Assembly (NCBI GenBank): GCA_965216875.1
Contig: OZ244207.1
Coordinates: 2,432,001-2,496,000, forward strand
Source of the DNA: Rubripirellula sp.
GTDB taxonomy: Bacteria; Planctomycetota; Planctomycetia; Pirellulales; Pirellulaceae
Direction: 5' to 3'
DNA: 64,000 nucleotides
This document shows, in pieces, positions 50,433-60,111 of the stretch. The notes under the pieces were generated by a model. That model was not told the DNA's origin and did no database searches. It saw only the letters and a program-made list of their open reading frames with translations. Made by a program: the position numbers and the translations under genes. The stretch's first letter is position 1; every line of letters begins with the position of its first letter.

Positions 50433-50747
50433 ATGTGCACTGCCCTGCGCCAGAAGTTGCTCTTGTTGCGCCGAGATTGCAATCCACAGCACCCTTTGTC
50501 GAGCAAGCCTTTGTTGAGCGAACCTTTGCCGAGGCGCACCTGTCATAAATTGCACGCGTGCCCAATGGCTGGAGCTTACAAACATTGCCGAGTGGCTCGG
50601 CATCAGGATTCCACCCTGACGTTTCCGGTTCGATTCCGGTCCCTGTACCAATCCTAGGGGATTACGTTCGCGCTTCTGCGACTTGCACGCTTCCTTTTTA
50701 GGTCATGCTGCGTCTGAGAAGCCGCCGCTTGTCATGCGGAGCATGAC

Positions 50748-51026
50748 CTACGTTTCGGACTCGCTGCCGACGTTGCAAAAACAGTGTAGCCGCGCGACGC
50801 CAATCTTCTTGTCGGCATCGGGATCTTGTTGACTAGCATCGAGCCACCCAAAACCACCACAGTGCTCGCACTTGGGATCGGCCGTACGGTGTTCGATCCA
50901 GCCGCGATGCCACGCCAGGAATTGAGCGGAATCGGCGTTCCCATAAGGATTCGATTTGACGCTGCCACCTGAACGGGCGCAGCTTGCCCCTTCTTCGTAG
51001 GAGGCATCAAACTCTGCTTCCGGCAT
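50748..51026 (-). CDS. Small Rmf/CrpP-fold-like protein with C-terminal Zn ribbon
   Basis: GGAGG SD upstream of ATG; SYEEG..ARSG....NPY.......WHRGW followed by CEHCGGFG..CFC; 92 aa. Confidence 0.7.
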   Translation of the reverse strand: MPEAEFDASYEEGASCARSGGSVKSNPYGNADSAQFLAWHRGWIEHRTADPKCEHCGGFGWLDASQQDPDADKKIGVARLHCFCNVGSESET

Positions 51027-51117
51027 TCTTGCCCCTCCGGATTGCGATTGATCGCATCCTATCAACATTAAACGAGTGCGCGCTGGGTGAAAACATCTCA
51101 CGGAACGAGATGCGTCG

Positions 51118-52941
51118 CTAAAGTGGATAGATCAACGGCGTCACAACGAGGTTGGCGATGAAGGCAAGCACCATAAGTGGGGCACCGATTTTCACGAAAT
51201 CCAGAAACGTGTATCGACCCGGATCAACAACCAACGTGACCACAGGTGATGCGACGGGACTTGCAAAGGCTGAGGAGGCGCCAATTAAAACGGTAACAGC
51301 AAGTGGATAGGGCGACACTTCCATTGACTCTGCAACTTTGATCGCGACCGGTGCAAGAAGCACTGCCGTCGCTGTATTGGAAAGCACCAAACTCATGCTT
51401 GCGGTTAACACAAACAACATCGCCATCATTGCGTAGGGGCCTGCACCACCCACATTCGCCACGACGGCATCAACAATCATTTGTGTGCCGCCCGTTTTGT
51501 CGAGTGCACGTGCGACAGGTAACATTCCGGCAAGCAACACAATGCTGCTCCAAGAGATCGATCGGTAGGCGTCTTCCGCAGTCAAGCAACGTCCAGCCAC
51601 CACAACGATCGCGGCAATGATCACCGCAATGGTGATCGGCATCACACCCAAAATGCTGGCAACGACCATGGCCAAGAGTGCAAGAATCGCAATCGGCGCA
51701 CGCCGAAAATTGGGACGCGCCTCGGCATGCTCGGCCGGCAACTCGAGCAACACAAAGTCGTGGTTCTCTTTGCCAAGGCCCGAGATGCGTTTCCAGGTAC
51801 CCGAGACCAACAACATATCGGCGGCGCGCATCGGCTCGTCGACAAAATCGTCGATTCGTTGACCATCCCGTTGAAGACCAATCACATGCACGCCATAGCG
51901 CGTTCGCAGCCGTGCCTGCCGAACCGATTTCCCCTTAAAGCGACAGTCGGGGTGAACCATCACCACCCCACCACCGCGTTCTTGCAATCGGTGACGTCGA
52001 TCCGCATCGGTGCGAGGAACAATCGTCACGCGTTCCTGCTCGACAAAGTCCTCGATGCCCTTCGGCTCGCCGTTGATCAACAGCTGAGATCCGGAGATCA
52101 ACCGATCGCTGGCGCCGATGTCTTCCAAATCACCGTAAAGACCATGATCCGACGCACGACTGATTCCAAGAATACGAACGCCATACTTCGGCTCCAAATC
52201 GCATTCAGAAACCATCTTGCCGCACATCGGTGAATCGGGCGCGATGCGAACCGTTTCCACACGTTTATGAAACGCAAAGTCTTGCCAGAGCTGATGCAAC
52301 GTACGCACTGGTTCCGAGTCAGCGTCATCGGTATCGCTGCGCAACATTCGATCGCCGATCACCAACATGTAGATGATCGCAGCGGCGAGGACGACGACCC
52401 CGACCGGCGCAAAGCCGAAAAAGGTCAACGGTTCGTACCCTGATGATTCGAGCTTTCCGCTAACGACCATGTTGGGCATCGTTGCGATCAACGTCAGCAT
52501 GCCCGAGATCATCGCGGCAAACGACATGGGAAGCAGCAGCCGTGATGCAGCGATTCCAGTGCGTCCCGCGATCTTGAAAATGATCGGGATGAAAATGGCA
52601 ACGACCGCCGTCGAACTCATCACACTGCTCAGCAGCGCCGTGCAAAGCATGATCAACGTCACCAGCGCCGTGCGGTTCTTGCCGCCAACGTCCGTGATCG
52701 CATTGCCCATCGCCTGGGCCACGCCCGTCCGATCAAGCGACTCACCAAGCACCATCAGACCGCAAACCAAAATCACCACCGGGTCCCCAAAACCGGCCAG
52801 CGCCTCTTGGGGCGAGAGGATTTCGCCAAGCGTTAGCGCAAGAACGACAAGCAACGCGATGAAATCGAGTCTCAGGCGATCGAGGGCAAACAGGATGGCG
52901 GCGACAATGACAACGCCAAAGACAAAGGTGGAGTCGTCCAT
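51118..52941 (-). CDS. SLC13 family permease with two TrkA-C domains
   Basis: MSSTAVV, SGMLTLIATMPN, central RCK_C repeats, SNTATAVLLAP, PGRYTFLDF. Confidence 0.92.
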   Translation of the reverse strand: MDDSTFVFGVVIVAAILFALDRLRLDFIALLVVLALTLGEILSPQEALAGFGDPVVILVCGLMVLGESLDRTGVAQAMGNAITDVGGKNRTALVTLIMLCTALLSSVMSSTAVVAIFIPIIFKIAGRTGIAASRLLLPMSFAAMISGMLTLIATMPNMVVSGKLESSGYEPLTFFGFAPVGVVVLAAAIIYMLVIGDRMLRSDTDDADSEPVRTLHQLWQDFAFHKRVETVRIAPDSPMCGKMVSECDLEPKYGVRILGISRASDHGLYGDLEDIGASDRLISGSQLLINGEPKGIEDFVEQERVTIVPRTDADRRHRLQERGGGVVMVHPDCRFKGKSVRQARLRTRYGVHVIGLQRDGQRIDDFVDEPMRAADMLLVSGTWKRISGLGKENHDFVLLELPAEHAEARPNFRRAPIAILALLAMVVASILGVMPITIAVIIAAIVVVAGRCLTAEDAYRSISWSSIVLLAGMLPVARALDKTGGTQMIVDAVVANVGGAGPYAMMAMLFVLTASMSLVLSNTATAVLLAPVAIKVAESMEVSPYPLAVTVLIGASSAFASPVASPVVTLVVDPGRYTFLDFVKIGAPLMVLAFIANLVVTPLIYPL

Positions 52942-53335
52942 AACATCGAAGGTGGGTGGATACGTATGACGTCAATGCAACCGTAGTCGTAAACGACTTG
53001 ACTGCGAAATTGAACCGGCCAATCGGTGAACGTCGTCACATGGCCCTAATCGAGCCTTTTTGCCGGATTGCCCACCCAAAGCGAAATCCACGGCTCAACG
53101 GACGAAATCCAGCAACGATCGCACGCGAAACCGCAAAAGGGCCCCTAAAACTCCAGGTTCGGCTCAGCCTCCTTCGCAGCAACCATCTCCTCGCCAGCGG
53201 CCAATTGTTCGCCACTAGCAAGTCAGTCGAGACTTTGGTACTTTTTCGCGGAAATGGAGGTTTCCCGACGACATCGAGTGGTGTCCGAAAGGGGACCGAG
53301 CCGACTAAAACGGTTACCAAATCGGCGTTTCCAAC

Positions 53336-53409
53336 GGCGGCATAGCTCAGCTGGTTAGAGCAGCGGAATCATAATCCGCGTGTCGGGGGTTCGAGTCCCT
53401 CTGCCGCTA
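53336..53409 (+). tRNA. tRNA-Met(CAT), elongator-like; CCA not encoded
   Basis: Acceptor GGCGGCA/TGCCGCT, D-arm GCTC..GAGC, anticodon arm GCGGA-ATCATAA-TCCGC, T-loop GTTCGAGTC. Ile2 not fully excluded. Confidence 0.92.
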
Positions 53410-53442
53410 CTTTCTCTTAAGCGCCCCGCTGGCGCACCAAGT

Positions 53443-53697
53443 GGGAGGGCGACGCTCCTGCGGAGCTCTATACGCAACAGCTCTTCTTGTAGTGAACGAG
53501 GCTACGAGTCCCTCCACTCCGATCCTCTACCAACCGCGAACCCCAAACCATCCATGGCGGCGACGCTCCTGCGGAGTTCGACACGCGACGGCTCTTCTTG
53601 TAGTGGACGAGGCTACGAGTCCCTCCACTCCGATCCCCAACCCCTCCGCTCCTACGGAGCTCGACACGCACCAGCTCGGCGGGAGCCTCGCCCTCCC
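53443..53697. repeat. Mosaic REP cassette (families G and D) duplicated with about 111-bp period and closed by an inverted G copy
   Basis: GTAGTG(A/G)ACGAGGCTACGAGTCCC at 53489 and 53600; GCTCGGCGGGAGCCTCGCCCTCCC near 53674. Confidence 0.85.
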
Positions 53698-53731
53698 GAG
53701 GACTCCTCGCCGCATGCACTACTGCACACAC

Positions 53732-55063
53732 CTAGCCGCCGATGGCCAAGAGGCGCGACGGAGTCCCGCCCAGGTCAATCTTGGCCTCGACGGTATAGTC
53801 GCGGAGAGAAATGACCCACGCACTACCATCTCCTGGATTGGTAATCATGACATGCCGTCGCCCGGGCAGCATCGCGGCGGCGTGATAACCGGCGTGACCT
53901 ACGATTTGGTTAGGACCCACGTCGATGCTGGCTTTGAGCTTCGCATCCTCGAAGTCCCCGTCGCGATTGGGGTCGAGCTCCACAAAGAGCATGCGATCGT
54001 CTGCCTGCGATTCTTTCTTTTGTCCAAACATCACCGCCAGCGTCTCGCCATATCGCGACGTCATCGTCACTGGCGTCGACACCGCTTCCCCCTCTTCAAC
54101 CTGGATCGCCAGGCTCTCCACACGTGGCTGGCTTGCCGAAGCGTCGACCCAACACAACTTGGTTGCGTCGCCCTTTCCAGCATTGAAAACAACATCCCGG
54201 CCAACGCGTGCGAAGGCGCCCGTTCGCAGTGGCTTGCCCTCACTGTCCTCTCCCAACGAAAGGTGATGCACCGCAACCGATTCCGGCCCATCATCCAGCT
54301 CGCGATCAACCGCGACCCAGCAAATCCCATCGGCAGGAGCAAAGAACGCTTTCCCTGCATTCATCGTTGCCCCGTGTAACGTTCCCGAGGGGCAGTGAAA
54401 AGAGTAGGACTTGCCGGCATTGCTTCCCAGTCCGATCACGTCGACGCGACCTTGATCGTCTCCGTCGCGCGCAATCCAGGTCGCGTACGCAACGGAATCT
54501 GGATCGACAGCAAGCGTGATGTGCCCATTGCCACCTTCATGGAAGGTCGCCGCTTGCGAGGTCACCTTGGCGTCGCGAATGCGTTTGGACGAAGTGATCG
54601 TGAATCCGTTCTTTTTGTCATTCGCCAAAACAAACGCGCGATCGTATTGATAGACATGCGCTGGATTGCCCTGAACTGCATCAATCATCGCGTGCGAAAC
54701 TCGCGGCGACTGAGTGTATCTCCAGTGCGAATGGTCACCATGCGGCTCCTCGACAACCCCTGACTCGATCGCGACCCAACCACTACCGAACGAACCGTTT
54801 TCGGTATCGCGCACGCCAACCACCATCAGACCATCGTCGGCAGTCATTTGAACAAGCGATTGCTGATCTTGATCGAGGTCTGGAAATCCTTCGATCGTTA
54901 ACTTTTCAATCGACCAACCAGCTGACGACTTTTTCAGGTCACCACTCGAAAGGGTCGCAGCGGAATCGTCCTGCCAGAAGACGCGGGCAACGGTACGCCC
55001 CTCGCCGAGAACGGGGGAAGCCACCGCGGCAAAGAGTAGTCCAACCAATCGAATATCAATCAT
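53732..55063 (-). CDS. Secreted His-rich beta-propeller, AztD-like zinc metallochaperone candidate
   Basis: Signal peptide; EEPHGDHSHW, NPAHVY, GHIT, LHG, HAGYH; beta-rich repeats; upstream Zur-like site. Confidence 0.65.
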   Translation of the reverse strand: MIDIRLVGLLFAAVASPVLGEGRTVARVFWQDDSAATLSSGDLKKSSAGWSIEKLTIEGFPDLDQDQQSLVQMTADDGLMVVGVRDTENGSFGSGWVAIESGVVEEPHGDHSHWRYTQSPRVSHAMIDAVQGNPAHVYQYDRAFVLANDKKNGFTITSSKRIRDAKVTSQAATFHEGGNGHITLAVDPDSVAYATWIARDGDDQGRVDVIGLGSNAGKSYSFHCPSGTLHGATMNAGKAFFAPADGICWVAVDRELDDGPESVAVHHLSLGEDSEGKPLRTGAFARVGRDVVFNAGKGDATKLCWVDASASQPRVESLAIQVEEGEAVSTPVTMTSRYGETLAVMFGQKKESQADDRMLFVELDPNRDGDFEDAKLKASIDVGPNQIVGHAGYHAAAMLPGRRHVMITNPGDGSAWVISLRDYTVEAKIDLGGTPSRLLAIGG

Positions 55064-55136
55064 GTGTGTTCCTTGTTAACCGGACGTGAAGCTATCCCAT
55101 CCAACGGATGGGCGAATTGGTCCGACCAAGACCCAC

Positions 55137-55153
55137 ATGCAAAAGGGTTGCAT
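55137..55153. promoter_or_regulatory. Putative Zur-type operator
   Basis: ATGCAAAAGGGTTGCAT, an ATGCAA-N5-TTGCAT palindrome 74 nt upstream of the His-rich gene. Confidence 0.55.
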
Positions 55154-55238
55154 TTACAGAATTCGGTGTCAAGCGGCACGAATCAAGAATTGTCGGCGCG
55201 CGAAGACGGCGTGCTCTGCGGGGACGGCGACGCATCTT

Positions 55239-55314
55239 GGGAGGGCGACGCTCCTGCGGAGCTCAGCGTGCAACAGCTCGGCGTGCAACAGCTCGGCGGG
55301 AGCCTCGCCCTCCC
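55239..55314. repeat. Family-G inverted pair with internal 15-bp tandem GCTC(A/G)GCGTGCAACA
   Basis: Read directly; units start at 55261, 55276 and 55291 (partial). Confidence 0.85.
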
Positions 55315-55332
55315 GAAGAAAAGGGAACGCAT

Positions 55333-55725
55333 CTACGCTTCGCCGCGCGGATGCCCCGCAAGATCATCGTCGATAACGGTCATCAACAACCGTGATTCGC
55401 GAATCAGCTGTATCGATGCGAAGGTGACGATGCAAACACCGAGGAACATCAACGATCTTGGAACGACTGGTGCCGCCTGACCCAACGCAGCGCCGAACAG
55501 GCTGGCAAATGCCAAGACCCCCACGCTCGTGTAAAGATTTACCAGTGCGCTATGCAGAAGTCTCGCGCGTCGACGCAGATGTGAGATCGACGCCTCGGTC
55601 CCCTCATGCAACTGCCGGTGCAATTCTTCATGGAGCTGACCAAAACGCGTCGACGTCGAGAGAATCAACAACGCCACACCTGGCTTCAGAAGTAGCGGAC
55701 TGGCCCACATGGCGATGTCGTCCAT
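55333..55725 (-). CDS. DUF2721-like small membrane protein
   Basis: PGVALLILSTSTRFGQL, LRRRARLL..AL..LY; three TMs. Confidence 0.78.
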   Translation of the reverse strand: MDDIAMWASPLLLKPGVALLILSTSTRFGQLHEELHRQLHEGTEASISHLRRRARLLHSALVNLYTSVGVLAFASLFGAALGQAAPVVPRSLMFLGVCIVTFASIQLIRESRLLMTVIDDDLAGHPRGEA

Positions 55726-55744
55726 CGGTTCTCTCTTGATCGGA

Positions 55745-56473
55745 CTAGACTGAGACCGCGGAAGCAGCCTTCATCTTCTCGACCGTGGCACTGGTTGTCC
55801 AAACGTCGCTGGCGAGCATTCGGTAGTTGATGAGAGCGGCGATCATCCCGTCGAGACCCGGAACTTTCGCAGCCGCCGTCGCGTCGGCTGCGACGCAAAC
55901 ATCAAAACCTCGCTCGAGCAACTCTCGAAGATGCGACTCCACGCAGAGGTTGGCTGACATACCCGCGAGGATCACATTTTCGATCTTCAATTTCTGGAGC
56001 TGAAGAATCAGGTCATTGTTCTCGGGGCCAAAGACCTTGTGCGGATTACAAATGACCGTCTTCTCGTGAAAGATCGACGGTTTGAACTGCTCCAGAAAGT
56101 CGGCGCCGCTGTTTTCGAAGCCTTCAAGTGTGAGCGTTCCCTTACGGTTGTACATGCGGATGTCATGCATCAACTTTTCGAGCGTCCCTCCCTTGAGCGT
56201 CCAGCCATAATCGGTTGGATAGTAGTAGTGCGGGCTGATCAGAAGCGGCGTTCCCGTTTCAACAGCGGTTTCCATCAGCGTTTGCAGGTTGGCGATCGTG
56301 TTGTTCTCGGTCGCGCTTTCGCCACAAACGCCCCAAGCGACGCCATCTTCGTGAAGAAAATCATTTTGCGGGTCGGTAATCACAACCGCGGTCCGTCCAT
56401 GCTCGATTTCAAATCCGGGGACCGGTAGTCCATGGTCCGCGTTGTCGGCTAGCCATTGTTCGACGCGATTCAT
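55745..56473 (-). CDS. Isochorismatase-like cysteine hydrolase
   Basis: TDPQNDF, HKVF and AGMSANLCVES catalytic D-K-C triad; AAGGGG SD. Confidence 0.9.
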   Translation of the reverse strand: MNRVEQWLADNADHGLPVPGFEIEHGRTAVVITDPQNDFLHEDGVAWGVCGESATENNTIANLQTLMETAVETGTPLLISPHYYYPTDYGWTLKGGTLEKLMHDIRMYNRKGTLTLEGFENSGADFLEQFKPSIFHEKTVICNPHKVFGPENNDLILQLQKLKIENVILAGMSANLCVESHLRELLERGFDVCVAADATAAAKVPGLDGMIAALINYRMLASDVWTTSATVEKMKAASAVSV

Positions 56474-56625
56474 CGCTGTCCCCCTTGATGAAATGAATGA
56501 AATGCACGGTACGGTCGCATCCCGTGATTCCGCATTGTTGCACAGCGTGAACCCCGCCAAGCCAACGTGATTGATTTTCGCACCGCGCGCCGCCACTCTA
56601 CATCGAGCACGCCCCATCAAACCAA

Positions 56626-56690
56626 AGCCCACATCCCTTACCCTCACATCTTTCTGCCCCACATCTCTCTGCCCCACATCTCTCTGCCCC
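56626..56690. repeat. 15-bp-period tandem repeat (consensus GCCCCACATCTCTCT, about 4 units)
   Basis: ACATC recurs at 56631, 56646, 56661 and 56676. Confidence 0.8.
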
Positions 56691-56907
56691 GCCGCGGCCC
56701 CCAAGTACTGCATCGCCGGCAGCGTCGCAGCCTCAAAACGGCCTTTCCTTGACCAAGTCGCGAACAAGCAATCGCCGAAGGCCACGAGAGGCCCCTCGAG
56801 CATCGCGCGAGGGTTCGCATCACGCCCTAGATACGCATCGCGTAATTCTGCCCGTTGGCGTATCATTTTGTTGGGCACTCGTTTACTCATCCAACACGGA
56901 ACTTCCT

Positions 56908-59751
56908 GTGAAATCCTTGGTGATACTGGCGTGTGCCTTCGTTGCGCTTCTATCAGGGCAGTCTTTGGGCAGTGCCGCCGATCGTGTGATCCCTGCCAAT
57001 CAATTCGCCTCGATCACGACCAAGTCGGACGTTCACCGAACTCGCGTCAAGACTTCCGGAACGATCGTTTGGCTCAACCCTTACTGGCATTCACTTGTCA
57101 TCGTCGACCAAGCCGACGCAACCGGCGTTCTTGTCGAGCTCTCGAACAAACATGAATCCGAAGGCTTGGAGATTGGTAGCCATGTCACCATCGAAGGGGA
57201 AGTTGTCGTTTGGGAGGGACACGCAAGCCTGAAGGCCGGGACGGTCGAAGAGATCGGCCCCAGCGAGATGCCCACACCAAAAGCCCTCGCCCGAACCATT
57301 TCCCAGCGAGACATTTTTGATCTCGATTGCCAACTCGTTTCGGTCGAAGGTCGCATCAGTTTTGTGATGCAGCACTTTGAACGCTACGTGTTCTGGATCG
57401 ATGGCTACGGTGTACCGATTCGAGCCGAGTTCTACGAGCAGCCGAAAGAGACCGTTGGATTGGACTTGGCCGGAGCGACGGTTCGCATCACCGGCGTTGC
57501 CATGCAACGAGGCGAAGGCCCCTCCAAACGCGCCGTCTTGATGCTCAACCCCACCAGCGCGGACGATATCGAGGTCCTTGAAAGGGGCCCGACATGGCCA
57601 AGCGACGGAACAGGCGCGGGCGTCAACGGTGTGATCGTTTGCCAAACTTCGGAGAACCGATACTTCTTTCGCTCTGACTCGAGAGAGATTCTTGAACTTG
57701 AAGTTTACGACACCCAATTCTTGAGCGTTGGAGACATGGTGCGATACGTCGGCAAGGACGTGATCGGTCCCGACCATCGCAAGGTCAGTGTCACCGGCAT
57801 GCACGTACACGCAACGGCAAACGACTGGGTGTTAACGCCCCTGAGCCGCGCACAACCTGTCACATCCCATTCGGCATCCGGCGACTACTGCACCGTCCTC
57901 GGAAGCATGTCGCGAATCAACGATGAAGGTGAGTTCTTTGAATTGATCGACGACTCAGGACAACGCATTCGTATCGAAATCTCGATGCTCTCTGGCGACA
58001 TCGCGACACTCCAGCTCCCGACGGCCAAGAAAGTCGAAGTTGCAGGCTATGTCGACTACCGAAGCGTGGGAACGGTTGTGATCCCAAGAAGCTTCCGCGA
58101 CATCAAGGTGGTCGAACGAAGTCCCTGGTACGCCAATCCGCGTGCCCGAGTCACTACCGTTTCAACCTTGGTCTTGCTGACCCTCTGCATCGGATCGATC
58201 TTCTTTTTGCGTGGAGCAATACGTGCAAAGACTCGCGCGCTCGAAGAAAGTGCCGGCTTGCTCAATGCCTCTTACGAAGCTGTCCGCGAAGGCGTTTGCG
58301 TTATTGATCGCAACGACGTCTTTCTGATGGGCAATGGTCGCTTCTTCGAAATGCTCGGGCTTTCGCCACATGCCCTCAAAGGCATGCCCGCCGATCAGCT
58401 CTATTTCGCACTCTCCAGTCAGCTCGATGCAAAAGGGAAAGACCTTTTCAAACAGCTATGGAACGACGACTTTCCGCGCGGGTCTTCTCCCGAGGTCAGC
58501 GTTGGTGTCAGCGACGGCTCCCAACGCGAGCTCACCGTCTATTCGGTCCGAGACACGGATGCGCTTGGTGCCAACATTGGCCGAGTACTCGTATTTCATG
58601 ATTCAACCGAAAGACGGCAACTCGAAAAATCTTTGGCGCAAGCTCAGAAGATGGACGCTGTCGGCACTCTAGCCGCTGGCGTTGCGCACGATTTCAACAA
58701 TTCCCTCTCGGCGATCGTAAACTTTGCCGAAGTGGCTAAACGCAGCATCGATCCCGAGGACGATCTTTACGAAATCGTGTCCCATATTCTTGACGCGGCC
58801 AATCAAGCCGCCGGAACAACACGTGGACTCCTCACTTTCTGTGGCAAACGCACCTCCGAAAAAAGCATCGTCGACTTAGCGGAGCTGCTTGGTTCATTTG
58901 TCGCATTTGTCGAGAGGCTGCTCCCAGCCAAAATCAGCATCACAATCGATTCCCCACCTGACCAACCGATCATGTGCCGAGTCGACGAATCGCAACTTCA
59001 GCAAGCAATGCTCAATCTTGTTGTCAATTCGCGCGATGCAATGCCAGACGGCGGAGAGATCTGCATCAAACTCCTTCCCGACCCGATCGACCGCCAAGTG
59101 TTGGTCAAAGTCATTGATAACGGCCAGGGGATGGATCCGGGCACTCGCGAGCAAGCGTTCGACCCCTTCTTTTCCACCAAGGAACGCGGAAAAGGAACGG
59201 GGCTAGGAATGGCGATCGTCCACGGCATCGTGACCGACCATGGAGGTAACGTCGGTGTCGCGTCGGAGTTGGACGAAGGTACGACCGTCACCATCATGTT
59301 GCCCATGGTGGGTGGATCCCCTTCGAGTTCTGACACATCATTCACCAAAATGAACGCGATCGCCGGTAATACGTTTCTGGTCGTGGAAGATCAGAAACCG
59401 GTGCTCGCATCGATTGCACAGCAACTACGTTCCAACGACCTGCACGTTGTTGAATGCGGAAGCGCGGAAGAGGCGATGCAGATTATCACCGACAACGCCT
59501 CGCAAATCTCGTTCGCGTTGGTGGACGTGGACCTGCCCGGTTCAAGTGGCATTGAATTCAAAGAGCGAGCTCGTCAGATCGCCCCCGGCCTGCCCGTCGT
59601 TCTGATGAGCGGCCTGCCAAGGTACCAGGAGGCAGACAACGCAGCCTTTCTCGCGAAGCCGTTTGGCCTCGAGAAGCTTGCCAAAGCGGTCAACGCCGCA
59701 ACGCAATTCGTCCTGGAAAACGAGCCGCAACCCAAGGCCTCGATACGCTAA
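56908..59751 (+). CDS. Hybrid sensor histidine kinase (OB-fold-like periplasmic repeats, TM, PAS, HisKA, HATPase, REC)
   Basis: AHDFNN, NLVVNSRDAM, DNGQGM, FFSTK..GTGLG, LVDVDLPG, FLAKPF; GTG start chosen for the signal peptide. Confidence 0.93.
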   Translation: MKSLVILACAFVALLSGQSLGSAADRVIPANQFASITTKSDVHRTRVKTSGTIVWLNPYWHSLVIVDQADATGVLVELSNKHESEGLEIGSHVTIEGEVVVWEGHASLKAGTVEEIGPSEMPTPKALARTISQRDIFDLDCQLVSVEGRISFVMQHFERYVFWIDGYGVPIRAEFYEQPKETVGLDLAGATVRITGVAMQRGEGPSKRAVLMLNPTSADDIEVLERGPTWPSDGTGAGVNGVIVCQTSENRYFFRSDSREILELEVYDTQFLSVGDMVRYVGKDVIGPDHRKVSVTGMHVHATANDWVLTPLSRAQPVTSHSASGDYCTVLGSMSRINDEGEFFELIDDSGQRIRIEISMLSGDIATLQLPTAKKVEVAGYVDYRSVGTVVIPRSFRDIKVVERSPWYANPRARVTTVSTLVLLTLCIGSIFFLRGAIRAKTRALEESAGLLNASYEAVREGVCVIDRNDVFLMGNGRFFEMLGLSPHALKGMPADQLYFALSSQLDAKGKDLFKQLWNDDFPRGSSPEVSVGVSDGSQRELTVYSVRDTDALGANIGRVLVFHDSTERRQLEKSLAQAQKMDAVGTLAAGVAHDFNNSLSAIVNFAEVAKRSIDPEDDLYEIVSHILDAANQAAGTTRGLLTFCGKRTSEKSIVDLAELLGSFVAFVERLLPAKISITIDSPPDQPIMCRVDESQLQQAMLNLVVNSRDAMPDGGEICIKLLPDPIDRQVLVKVIDNGQGMDPGTREQAFDPFFSTKERGKGTGLGMAIVHGIVTDHGGNVGVASELDEGTTVTIMLPMVGGSPSSSDTSFTKMNAIAGNTFLVVEDQKPVLASIAQQLRSNDLHVVECGSAEEAMQIITDNASQISFALVDVDLPGSSGIEFKERARQIAPGLPVVLMSGLPRYQEADNAAFLAKPFGLEKLAKAVNAATQFVLENEPQPKASIR

Positions 59752-59805
59752 CGAGTCGCGAACTCGCCGTTGGTTCCGCTAGGCTTCGAAACTGCGCTCT
59801 TAACA

Positions 59806-59910
59806 CTCTCCCTTGGGAGAGTCGGGCTCTAAGGCCCGGAGAGGGTTTGTATTGCGGGAACTATTCCCTCCCCGGACTTTGCGTCCGACCCTCCCGCAAG
59901 CGGGAGGGTG
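59806..59910. repeat. CCCTCCC/GGGAGGG-type palindromic repeat pair (family H)
   Basis: CTCTCCCTTGGGAGAG..GGAGAGGG and CCCTCCCC..CCCTCCCGCAAGCGGGAGGG. Confidence 0.65.
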
Positions 59911-60111
59911 ATTGTTGGAATGGGCAAGCACTTCACCTCATGGCCCCGCAATTGCAATCGGTACCACGAGCGTTGGAGCCTATGAGAAAAAACGTGTGCA
60001 AGGACCGACGCAAACGCGCTGGGCTCACATATAATTTAAAAGTAGCGCCCCAGACGCAACTTTCGCGGAGCGAAAGGCGCCAATAAGTAGATTGAATCGG
60101 CATTTCATCCC

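Noticed and set aside
53441..54379. 312-aa plus-strand ORF after the tRNA
   Set aside because: Built from REP sequence plus antisense of the propeller gene; no integrase motifs
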